In this document: positions 19,934-28,204 of the stretch, piece after piece
Numbering within the stretch: the first letter of the stretch is position 1
Layout of the letters: each line of letters starts with the position of its first letter
Assembly: GCA_900545215.1 (NCBI GenBank)
Contig: UQXW01000001.1
Span: 61,794-125,793, forward strand
Length of the DNA: 64,000 nucleotides
Source: an uncultured Bacteroidota bacterium
Lineage (GTDB): Bacteria; Bacteroidota; Bacteroidia; Bacteroidales; P3
Reading direction: 5' to 3'
Translations under genes and position numbers: made by a program
Notes under the pieces: model-generated
The model's input: the letters and a program-made list of their open reading frames with translations, nothing else
Databases searched by the model: none
Told to the model about the DNA's origin: nothing

Positions 19934-21349
19934 ATGAGAAGAACGGGAATATTGAGAACCATAGCGATACTTGCGACTTTCATCGGACTGGGACTGGCAT
20001 CGACAGCCCAGCCCAAAGGAGTGAGAGTAACGAAAAAGGACGCTTTTCAAACCACCCGCATACTCTTCATTCTCGATTGCTCGAACAGCATGTACGGAAT
20101 GTGGCAGAGCAACACCAAAATAAAGATTGCACAAAATCTTGTCTCCAACATAGTCGATACACTCGGCGATTGCAAAGGCGTGGAAATAGCTTTGCGAGCC
20201 TACGGACACACAAAGGATTATCCGCCTCAGGATTGCGACGACACCAAATTGGAGGTCGGTTTCTCGGCGAACAACGGCGAGCAGATAAAAGCCAAGTTGA
20301 AAGCATTGGTTCCCAAAGGCACAACTCCCATAGCGGCGACATTGGAGAAATGTGTCGGCGATTTTCCGGATTGCGATAACTGTCGGAACATAATAGTTTT
20401 GATAACAGACGGAACGGATGAGTGTTCGGGCGATGTGTGTGCGGCATCGAAGGCACTGCAAAAGAAAGGAGCTTTCTTGAAACCCTTCATCATAGGCATA
20501 GGAAGGGGAATGAGAGAATACTTCGAGTGTGCCGGAACGTATTATGAGGCATCGAACGAAATCGAATTCTCGAAAGCATTGAATGATGTGGTCAATCAGG
20601 CGTTGAACAATACCACATCTCAGGTCAATCTCTTGGATAGTTACATGGAAGCGAGCGAAACGAATGTTCCCATGACCTTTTACGATTCGCAAAGCAAGAA
20701 ACTACGCTACACATTCATGCACACATTCAATTCCAAGGGCATGCCGGACACCTTGATACTCGATCCGCTGATAAATTACGACATTGTGGTTCACACCATT
20801 CCCCCTGTCAAGGTGGAGAAAGTGCAGTTGAATCCCGGAAGGCACACCATCATTCCCATCAAGACGCCGCAAGGCAGCATGATTATCACGCTTGCCGAGG
20901 ATAAGGGTAAGCATACCTCGAAGAATATGGCGGTCATAGTTCGTGAATCGGGCAAATCGGAAGCCGTGAACATACAGGAATTGAACAAAAGCGAGAAGTA
21001 TATCGTCGGAAAGTACGATTTGGAAATCCTGACCAAGCCTCGTTTGAAGATAGAGAACGTTGAAGTGGGTCAAAGTGCCACGACAACGATTGAAATTCCC
21101 CAAAGCGGCACGCTCCTCTTGAACAAGGGCAAAGGAAACATGCTTTGCAGCATATTCGTCAAGGACAGCGAAGAGACAAAATGGGTTTGTAATCTCGATG
21201 ATGGCAGACAAAACGAATCGATAGACCTTTTACCCGGGCAGTATATGGTGGTCGTAAGAGCCAAAACGGCAGACAAAACCACCAAGACGCAGGTGAAGGA
21301 CTTCAAGATTGAATCAAAGAAAACAACAACGATAAATTTAGCGAAATAA
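19934..21349 (+). CDS. von Willebrand factor A (VWA) domain-containing secreted protein/lipoprotein
   Basis: Signal peptide; DCSNSM...(T/S) MIDAS-like motif (ILFILDCSNSMYG…KGTTPIAATLEK…LITDGTDE); a C-terminal beta-rich region. Confidence 0.7.
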   Translation: MRRTGILRTIAILATFIGLGLASTAQPKGVRVTKKDAFQTTRILFILDCSNSMYGMWQSNTKIKIAQNLVSNIVDTLGDCKGVEIALRAYGHTKDYPPQDCDDTKLEVGFSANNGEQIKAKLKALVPKGTTPIAATLEKCVGDFPDCDNCRNIIVLITDGTDECSGDVCAASKALQKKGAFLKPFIIGIGRGMREYFECAGTYYEASNEIEFSKALNDVVNQALNNTTSQVNLLDSYMEASETNVPMTFYDSQSKKLRYTFMHTFNSKGMPDTLILDPLINYDIVVHTIPPVKVEKVQLNPGRHTIIPIKTPQGSMIITLAEDKGKHTSKNMAVIVRESGKSEAVNIQELNKSEKYIVGKYDLEILTKPRLKIENVEVGQSATTTIEIPQSGTLLLNKGKGNMLCSIFVKDSEETKWVCNLDDGRQNESIDLLPGQYMVVVRAKTADKTTKTQVKDFKIESKKTTTINLAK

Positions 21350-21354
21350 AACAA

Positions 21355-22314
21355 ATGAAAGAATATCCTATATTGGGCAACAAGGATACGCGTTCCGGAT
21401 TCGGAGCGGGATTGCTTGAAGCCGGCAAAAGAAACAGCGAAGTCGTGGCATTGTGTGCCGATTTGACTTCATCGGTAAAGATGGATGAATTTGCCAAAGC
21501 TTTTCCCGACAGAATGATACAGTGCGGTATAGCGGAGGCTGACATGATCGGTATAGCAGCAGGCTTGGCTCTTAGCGGAAAAACGGCTTTCGTAGGCAGT
21601 TTTGCAGCCTTTGCGACAGGCAGAGTTTATGACCAGATACGTCAATCGGTGGCTTATTCGGAAACGAACGTCAAGATAGCCGGTTCTCATGCCGGAATAA
21701 CTCTCGGAGAGGACGGAGCGACACACCAGATATTGGAAGACATAGGATTGATGAAGATGTTGCCGAACATGGTTGTGCTTAATCCTTGCGACTACAACCA
21801 AACCAAAGCGGCAACGATAGCGGCTGCGGAATACAAAGGCGGTGTCTATCTCCGTTTCGGCAGACCGAAGGTTCCTGTGTTCATTCCCGAGGACATGCCT
21901 TTCGAGATTGGCAAGGCTGTTGTGTTGAGCGAGGGCAGCGATGTGAGCATTTTCGCAACCGGACATTTGGTTTGGGAGGCTTTGGAGGCTGCAAAACTCT
22001 TGGAGAAGGAAGGAATAAGTGCGGAAATAGTGGATATACACACCATAAAACCATTGGACGAAGAAGCCATATTGCGTTCCGTCGCAAAGACGGGCTGTGC
22101 GGTGGGTTGCGAAGAGCATCAATACAGCGGCGGAATGAACGAAAGCATTGCCCAAGTTCTTGTTCGTAATAATCCTAAGCCTATGGAGTTCATAGGTGTG
22201 AACGATAAATTCGGCGAAAGCGGAAAGCCGGAGGAACTTATGGTGAAATACGGCTTGAAAGCGGCGAATATAGCAGAGGCTGCCAAGAAAGCCGTGGCAC
22301 GAAAGGCAAGATAA
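21355..22314 (+). CDS. transketolase, C-terminal (pyrimidine-binding) subunit
   Basis: FPDRMIQCGIAEADMIGIAAGLALSG…EDGATHQ… and a C-terminal domain. Length is 319 aa. Confidence 0.9.
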   Translation: MKEYPILGNKDTRSGFGAGLLEAGKRNSEVVALCADLTSSVKMDEFAKAFPDRMIQCGIAEADMIGIAAGLALSGKTAFVGSFAAFATGRVYDQIRQSVAYSETNVKIAGSHAGITLGEDGATHQILEDIGLMKMLPNMVVLNPCDYNQTKAATIAAAEYKGGVYLRFGRPKVPVFIPEDMPFEIGKAVVLSEGSDVSIFATGHLVWEALEAAKLLEKEGISAEIVDIHTIKPLDEEAILRSVAKTGCAVGCEEHQYSGGMNESIAQVLVRNNPKPMEFIGVNDKFGESGKPEELMVKYGLKAANIAEAAKKAVARKAR

Positions 22315-22424
22315 TAAGACGTCGCGGCAAAGAAGGAAGGTTTGCTTTCGGCTTTGTCGCCTTTCAATCAAATCTTATATATTTTCAGGCAGGTTCTGTT
22401 TCGACGGAATTTGCCTTTTTTGAT

Positions 22425-24602
22425 GTGAAGCGAATGGAAACCAATGTACAACTCGATTTGGCTCGCAGGTATGTGGAGCAGACCGACAGGAATATCTTTC
22501 TTACGGGAAAGGCAGGCACGGGTAAAACCACCTTTCTTAAAGGTCTGAAAGCAAGTCTGCATAAGCGTTTTGTCATTCTTGCTCCCACGGGCATAGCTGC
22601 CCTGAATGCCGAAGGGCAGACGATACATTCCTTCTTTCAACTCTCCTTTGCACCATACGTTCCGGGTTGCAGGACGGAGCAGAAACGTTTTCGCAAGGAG
22701 AAAATCAACATCATACGCAGTTTGGATTTGCTTGTGATAGACGAAATCTCCATGGTGAGGGCGGATGTTCTGGATCAGATGGACTTCGTTTTGCGAAAAA
22801 TACGTTACAGGCACAGAAACAAGGCTTTCGGTGGTGTACAGCTGTTGTTGATCGGGGATTTGAGTCAGTTGCCTCCCGTTGCGGTGGAGGAGGAATGGGA
22901 TTTGCTTTCGCAATACTATGCAACGCCTTATTTCTTTTCCTCTCACGCATGGCAGGCTTCCGAGTTTTATACCATAGAACTCCAACACATCTACCGCCAA
23001 TCGGACAAAACCTTCATCGATATATTGAACCGTATCAGGGACAACCGCATTTCGCATGACATCATAGAGAAACTCAACAGCCGATACGTTCCCGATATAT
23101 TGGATAAGAAGAACGAAGGCAGCGTGATACTCTGTACGCACAACCGAAAGACCAAGGCGATAAACGATAAAAGGCTTTCCGAAATAGAGAGCAGGAGTTA
23201 TTTCTACCAATGTGAAGTGGAGGGGGATTTCGACCCGAAAACATATCCAAATTCCGAAATTCTCGAACTCAAAGAAGGCTCGCAGGTCATGTTCATAAAG
23301 AACGATTACCAACACAAGGCAAATGAAAGGGACTATTACAACGGTTCCATAGGTAAGGTGGTGGAATTGGAGGATAAGAAAGTGGTTGTACGCTTGCAGG
23401 AAAACGGTAAGGAGGTAAGCGTCGAGCCTTACACATGGGAGAGATACCGTTACAGCATGGATAAGAGGACGATGGAAATAGTTCAAGAGGTCATCGGCTC
23501 TTTCAAACAGTACCCTTTGAAATTGGCATGGGCGATAACCATACACAAAAGTCAGGGCTTGACTTTCGAGAAAGCCGTGGTGGATGCGGATCGGTCCTTT
23601 ACGCACGGACAGTATTACGTTGCGTTGAGCCGTTGCAAGACTTTGGAAGGCTTGACTCTCGCTTCGCCATTTGTGCCGGAGGCAGTCATAACGGATGAAA
23701 AGGTGAATGATTTCAACCATTCGCAGAAGGATAATCGTGCAGACGAGGACACCTTCGAGCAAGACCGCTTTGAATATTATTTCCACAGTCTCGAAGAAAT
23801 CTTCGACTTTTCCGCCTTGCAGGCAGCCCTCGACGAACTCGACAAATTCAACATCGGACAAGTTGCACGAAAGGAAGCCGAAATCTCATCGGCATTTGCG
23901 AGTGTATCCGAGGCGGTAAAGGAAAACATAAGCGGGGTTTCCGAACGTTTTTCCGTGCAACTGCGTAGGATTTGCAGAGATAGCGAAATGTTGAAGGAGA
24001 GATGCGGTAAGGCAGGTGTTTATTTCTTGGAGCAAATGTCGCTTTGTCTGACTTTGTTGCAGGCATTGGACGGTTTGAATTGGGACGAATACGGCAACAG
24101 CGAGGAAACGGAAGAGCTCATCAAACGTTTCGGAAACGAGGTGGAACTCAAATACAGATTGCTTCGTTACTTTCGAGAAAACGACTTCGACATTGCAGCA
24201 TATACCGAGCTGAAAAACAAGACTATTGCGGAGGGAGACAGAATGCAGTGGACGGCTTACAAAGATTTCATCGGAAAAGGCAAAACCGAATCGGCTATTC
24301 GGGAAAATGAAACGCCGCAAGAAAATAATGAAACGTCGCAAAAATTTGCCGGAACGGCGAAAGAGAAAAACGAGGAGTTGGAGATGGACGATTTGTTCGC
24401 TGCATTGAAGCGATGGAGACGCAGTCGAGCCGAAGAGGAGGGCTTGCCTGCGTATTGCATCTTGTCCCAAAAAGCCATAGAGGGCATAGCGAAATCACGT
24501 CCTCGAACACAGGAGGAATTACTCGCCATAAAAGGCATAGGAAAGAAAACATTGGAGAAGTACGGAGATACTCTTCTCGAATTGATAGCCGAAAAAGGCT
24601 GA
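22425..24602 (+). CDS. PIF1/RecD-like ATP-dependent DNA helicase with C-terminal HRDC domain
   Basis: Walker A FLTGKAGTGKTT and Walker B LLVIDEISMV; a PIF1-like core (WAITIHKSQGLTF, YVALSRC); a C-terminal ~70-aa HRDC-like segment (LFAALKRWRRSRAEEEGLPAYCILSQKAIEGIAK…IKGIGKKTLEKYG). Confidence 0.8.
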   Translation: MKRMETNVQLDLARRYVEQTDRNIFLTGKAGTGKTTFLKGLKASLHKRFVILAPTGIAALNAEGQTIHSFFQLSFAPYVPGCRTEQKRFRKEKINIIRSLDLLVIDEISMVRADVLDQMDFVLRKIRYRHRNKAFGGVQLLLIGDLSQLPPVAVEEEWDLLSQYYATPYFFSSHAWQASEFYTIELQHIYRQSDKTFIDILNRIRDNRISHDIIEKLNSRYVPDILDKKNEGSVILCTHNRKTKAINDKRLSEIESRSYFYQCEVEGDFDPKTYPNSEILELKEGSQVMFIKNDYQHKANERDYYNGSIGKVVELEDKKVVVRLQENGKEVSVEPYTWERYRYSMDKRTMEIVQEVIGSFKQYPLKLAWAITIHKSQGLTFEKAVVDADRSFTHGQYYVALSRCKTLEGLTLASPFVPEAVITDEKVNDFNHSQKDNRADEDTFEQDRFEYYFHSLEEIFDFSALQAALDELDKFNIGQVARKEAEISSAFASVSEAVKENISGVSERFSVQLRRICRDSEMLKERCGKAGVYFLEQMSLCLTLLQALDGLNWDEYGNSEETEELIKRFGNEVELKYRLLRYFRENDFDIAAYTELKNKTIAEGDRMQWTAYKDFIGKGKTESAIRENETPQENNETSQKFAGTAKEKNEELEMDDLFAALKRWRRSRAEEEGLPAYCILSQKAIEGIAKSRPRTQEELLAIKGIGKKTLEKYGDTLLELIAEKG

Positions 24603-24657
24603 ACGAGATGCCGGATTTACAAATCCGATGAGTAGAGCGAAAAAATCATTAGATGGT

Positions 24658-25059
24658 TTATTCTCCCTTTTTGTATAGAACGACACCGCATCGTGAGACA
24701 TTCTCTTTCAGGTTTTCGTTTTTCAACGTGTCGAATACGAAGATGTCGAACATATACGGTATGGGCGATTTGTCCAATGCGGCGTGCAGACGGTCGATGT
24801 CAAGCCGGGTCAATCCTGCACCAACTATGGTTATATCGACATCGGAGAAAGGTTTGTACGTTCCTTTGGCACGCGAGCCGTAAAGAATGACCTGTTCGAT
24901 TTTTTCGTTTTCTGCAAACAGGTCATGCAATATCTGCATTTCGTTATCGGTCAATCCGTATGGCATGATTGGAAATGGTTTGGTTAAGTCGGGATTATAC
25001 TTTGTTATAAAGAACTTCCATCGAATGGTTTCTGCGACCGGCTTATTTCTCTTGGTCAT
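24658..25059 (-). CDS. MNT-type (Pol-beta superfamily) nucleotidyltransferase domain protein
   Basis: LYGSRAKGTYKPFSDVDITIV matches the GS-x9-13-DxD minimal nucleotidyltransferase motif. The true start may be the internal Met at 24966. No HEPN partner is adjacent. Confidence 0.65.
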   Translation of the reverse strand: MTKRNKPVAETIRWKFFITKYNPDLTKPFPIMPYGLTDNEMQILHDLFAENEKIEQVILYGSRAKGTYKPFSDVDITIVGAGLTRLDIDRLHAALDKSPIPYMFDIFVFDTLKNENLKENVSRCGVVLYKKGE

Positions 25060-26089
25060 AGAGAAATTTGTAATACTTCAAGCCCGTTTCCGGATCTTCT
25101 CCATGCTCCACTCTGTTGCGGGCTCCGTGGATGTAAACAGTGAAATTCTTATCCAGTTTGAGAATTGTCCGCAGGTAACGCTGCTCCCTTCGCAATGCCT
25201 CATCGCTTAGAGTGAAGTTATCGGCAAAGTCCATGTCGTAATCCTTCTCGTATTGTTCCCGATAGTTGCGAAAGGACTGCTTCATCTCGTCATCGCCGAA
25301 TACTTCGTCGCCGAAGCGTTCCAAATCGAACTGTTTGCAGTCTTTGAGATAGTCTGCCGTTTTGGAAAGCAAGGCAGCTTGGTCGGCTTTGTTTATTTCG
25401 TACTCTTCAGGCAGCTGTTCAGATACGAAGCCTTTGCAAAGGTTGATGGTATGTTGGGTATTGAAGTAAGCGTCCTGCCTTTGTCTGATATTGAGGAAGC
25501 TGTCCGTCCAAAAGGCTGCGGCTTCTCCGCTGCGGTTTGAAACATCTACCACCTGCACTACAAAACCCTCTTCAGCCTCTTTGTTGTATATGATGCAACC
25601 TTTGTCCAATTTGTTGATGTTTATGCCGCTGTCGCTCTCTATATCGAAGCCTTCGCCTTGCGGAAAGACCTTCAGATATGTCTCTTTGTTCTCCGACTTG
25701 AATATTCCGAGAGCTTCGACCGTCTCTCCCTCGACAAAACAACGACTGAGCAGTGCAATGTAAAGCTCGCCCGACTTAATGTTGGGGTGTTCCGAGACAT
25801 TGTAAAGAAATTCCGCTATTTCCACGCTCTGAGAGTAGAGTTCCATCGGGTCGTCGAAGACAGCTTTGGCACATCTCCATATTTTATTGTTTTCAGCCGA
25901 AACTTCACCTGACAATCTGTATGAAAGGGGAGATTTGAAACCGGTTGTGAAATACTTCATCAGCAGATTGCCTATTTCGCCGTGCAACATGAATTCGGAG
26001 GGAGAAAGTTTCAATGGTTCGTTGTTCACTTTGTTGCCGACCTTATGAACAACCATTTTCTCTATTATGGCATCATCGCAAGTAATCAT
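25043..26089 (-). CDS. nucleoid-associated protein, NdpA/YejK (NA37) family
   Basis: The N-terminal IEKMVVHKV resembles the YejK IALHQLI motif. Length, the internal FWTDSFL segment and the acidic C-terminal region fit NA37. The start is placed at the internal Met (MITCDD) because an rpsA terminator occupies 26138-26174. Confidence 0.65.
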   Translation of the reverse strand: MITCDDAIIEKMVVHKVGNKVNNEPLKLSPSEFMLHGEIGNLLMKYFTTGFKSPLSYRLSGEVSAENNKIWRCAKAVFDDPMELYSQSVEIAEFLYNVSEHPNIKSGELYIALLSRCFVEGETVEALGIFKSENKETYLKVFPQGEGFDIESDSGININKLDKGCIIYNKEAEEGFVVQVVDVSNRSGEAAAFWTDSFLNIRQRQDAYFNTQHTINLCKGFVSEQLPEEYEINKADQAALLSKTADYLKDCKQFDLERFGDEVFGDDEMKQSFRNYREQYEKDYDMDFADNFTLSDEALRREQRYLRTILKLDKNFTVYIHGARNRVEHGEDPETGLKYYKFLYDQEK

Positions 26090-26137
26090 CTGTTTGAATT
26101 TAGTGATTGCAAAGTTACGATAAATTTTTATGAGGAC

Positions 26138-26174
26138 ACAAAAAAACGAAGAGTGTACCGCTTTCGGCACACTC
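26138..26174 (-). terminator. rho-independent terminator of rpsA (minus strand)
   Basis: Minus-strand hairpin gagtgtgccgaaagcggtacactc followed by a T7 run (plus-strand A7 at 26140-26147). Confidence 0.6.
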
Positions 26175-26206
26175 CCCGCCAACATTAAATAACCATGAAA
26201 GAAATT

Positions 26207-27988
26207 CTATTTCTTCTCGTTCTTGTCCATTTCTTCTTTCAAAGAAGCCAAGATGTCGATGTCTCCGAGTGTTGTTTTCTCCAATCCCTCGTTGATTTTC
26301 TTCACAGCAGCAGCCTCATTGTTGGACTTTTTGTCGTCTTTTCTTGGTTCTTCTGCCTGCCATGTGCGAGTGTGGGAAACAACAATCTTTTTGTTTTCCT
26401 TGGAGAACTCTATAACCTTGAAAGGAAGCTTTTCGTCAACTTTGGCAGTCGTTTTGTCTTCTTTCAAAAGGTGAGACTTTGGAGCGAAACCTTCAACTCC
26501 GTAAGGCAATGCCACAACGGCTCCACCCTTGTCGCTGATGCTCAAAATAGTTCCTTCGTGAACGGAGTTGACAGTGAATATGCTTTCAAACACATCCCAA
26601 GGGTTTTCTTCAAGTTGCTTGTGTCCCAAACTCAAACGACGGTTCTCTGCATCGACTTCCAAAACAACCACATCCATCTTTTCACCGATTTTTGTAAATT
26701 CGGCAGGGTGTTTGATTTTCTTGCTCCAAGAAAGGTCGGAGATGTGTATCAATCCGTCGATTCCTTCTTCCAATTCAACGAATATTCCGAAGTTCGTGAA
26801 GTTTCTAACGATGGCTGTATGCTTGCTGCCGACAGGATATTTCTCTGCAATGTTTGTCCAAGGATCAGGGATAAGCTGTTTGATGCCCAAGGACATCTTT
26901 CTCTCTTCTCTGTCCAAAGTCAAAATCACAGCCTCGACTTCGTCGCCTATTTTCAAGAAGTCGTGAGCTGTTCTCAGGTGTTGGCTCCATGACATCTCGG
27001 TTACGTGAATCAAACCTTCGACACCGGGGATTATTTCAACGAAAGCACCGTAGTCTGCCAAGACAACGACTTTTCCTTTAACCTTATCGCCGACTTTCAA
27101 GTTAGGATCGAGGCTGTCCCATGGGTGAGGAGTAAGTTGTTTCAATCCCAAAGCAATTCTCTTCTTGCCTTCGTCGAAGTCAAGTATCACAACCTTTATC
27201 TTTTCGTCCAATTTGACGATTTCTTCAGGGTGTTGGATTCTGCCCCATGAAAGGTCGGTGATGTGAATCAAACCATCGACGCCTCCCAAGTCCACAAACA
27301 CACCGTAAGACGTGATGTTCTTAACCGTTCCTTCCAATACCTGACCTTTTTCCAGTTTGGCGATGATTTCAGCCTTTTGAGCCTCGATTTCATCCTCAAT
27401 CAAAGCCTTGTGAGATACGACAACGTTCTTGTATTCGTTGTTTATCTTAACGACTTTGAACTCCATAACCTTGTCAACGAACACATCATAGTCGCGGATA
27501 GGCTTTACGTCTATCTGACTGCCCGGAAGGAATGCTTCGATGCCGAAGACATCCACGATAAGTCCGCCCTTGGTTCTGCTCTTTACGTATCCGTTGATGA
27601 TTTCGTGAGACTCGTAAGCCTGATTAACTCTTTCCCAAGATTTCAATATACGAGCGTCCTTGTGAGAAAGTCTCAACTGACCGCCGGCATCCTCTTTCTG
27701 CACCACGAACACCTCAACCTTGTCGCCGACTTTCAAATCCGGATTGTAGCGGAACTCATTCAAAGGAATGATACCGTCGGATTTGAATCCTATATTAACT
27801 ATAACTTCGCGGTTGTCTTTTGCCACAACCACACCTTCAACCACTTGTTGATCGCCTATTTGGTTGAATGTTTTGTCATACGCTTCGGACATTTTTTCTT
27901 TTTCATCCGCTGCATACTTTGCATGTTCTTCTTCTGCCGCATTCCAATCAAAATCAGCCAAAGGTTGAACGTTTTTCAAATCTCTCAT
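26207..27988 (-). CDS. rpsA: 30S ribosomal protein S1
   Basis: 593 aa with six S1 repeats (…GYVKSRTKGGLIVDVFGIEAFLPGSQID…, GKVVVLADYGAFVEI…). Confidence 0.95.
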   Translation of the reverse strand: MRDLKNVQPLADFDWNAAEEEHAKYAADEKEKMSEAYDKTFNQIGDQQVVEGVVVAKDNREVIVNIGFKSDGIIPLNEFRYNPDLKVGDKVEVFVVQKEDAGGQLRLSHKDARILKSWERVNQAYESHEIINGYVKSRTKGGLIVDVFGIEAFLPGSQIDVKPIRDYDVFVDKVMEFKVVKINNEYKNVVVSHKALIEDEIEAQKAEIIAKLEKGQVLEGTVKNITSYGVFVDLGGVDGLIHITDLSWGRIQHPEEIVKLDEKIKVVILDFDEGKKRIALGLKQLTPHPWDSLDPNLKVGDKVKGKVVVLADYGAFVEIIPGVEGLIHVTEMSWSQHLRTAHDFLKIGDEVEAVILTLDREERKMSLGIKQLIPDPWTNIAEKYPVGSKHTAIVRNFTNFGIFVELEEGIDGLIHISDLSWSKKIKHPAEFTKIGEKMDVVVLEVDAENRRLSLGHKQLEENPWDVFESIFTVNSVHEGTILSISDKGGAVVALPYGVEGFAPKSHLLKEDKTTAKVDEKLPFKVIEFSKENKKIVVSHTRTWQAEEPRKDDKKSNNEAAAVKKINEGLEKTTLGDIDILASLKEEMDKNEKK

Positions 27989-28175
27989 TTGTAGAAAAAT
28001 GACTTTTTGATTTGTCCCTTACCGGACGGTTAAACATAAAATTAAACTTAAAACACAATGCTTTTCATCTGCTTTTCCCATCTGGTAAGCGATGTAAAGA
28101 GACGATAAGCGTTTGCAAAGATACGCTTTTTTCTCGATTTCGCTGCACAAACACCTGTAAAACGCCGAAAAGATG

Positions 28176-28183
28176 TAATTTTG
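28176..28183 (+). promoter_or_regulatory. candidate -7 box TAatTTTG upstream of the antiporter gene
   Basis: TAATTTTG lies 22 nt upstream of the ATG at 28205. No clear -33. Confidence 0.3.
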
Positions 28184-28204
28184 CGAACCTAAAACAGCGA
28201 AAAG

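Noticed and set aside
22368-23861. 497-aa minus-strand ORF antisense to the PIF1-like helicase
   Set aside because: A shadow ORF opposite a gene with clear Walker and PIF1 motifs. No independent support.
24603-24657. Short hairpin (ggattt-aca-aaatcc) between the convergent helicase and MNT genes
   Set aside because: A 6-bp stem with no U-run. It is too weak to call a terminator.
26195-27263. Plus-strand ORFs (265 aa, 243 aa) across the rpsA region
   Set aside because: They are antisense to the unmistakable S1 ribosomal protein gene and have no recognisable domains.
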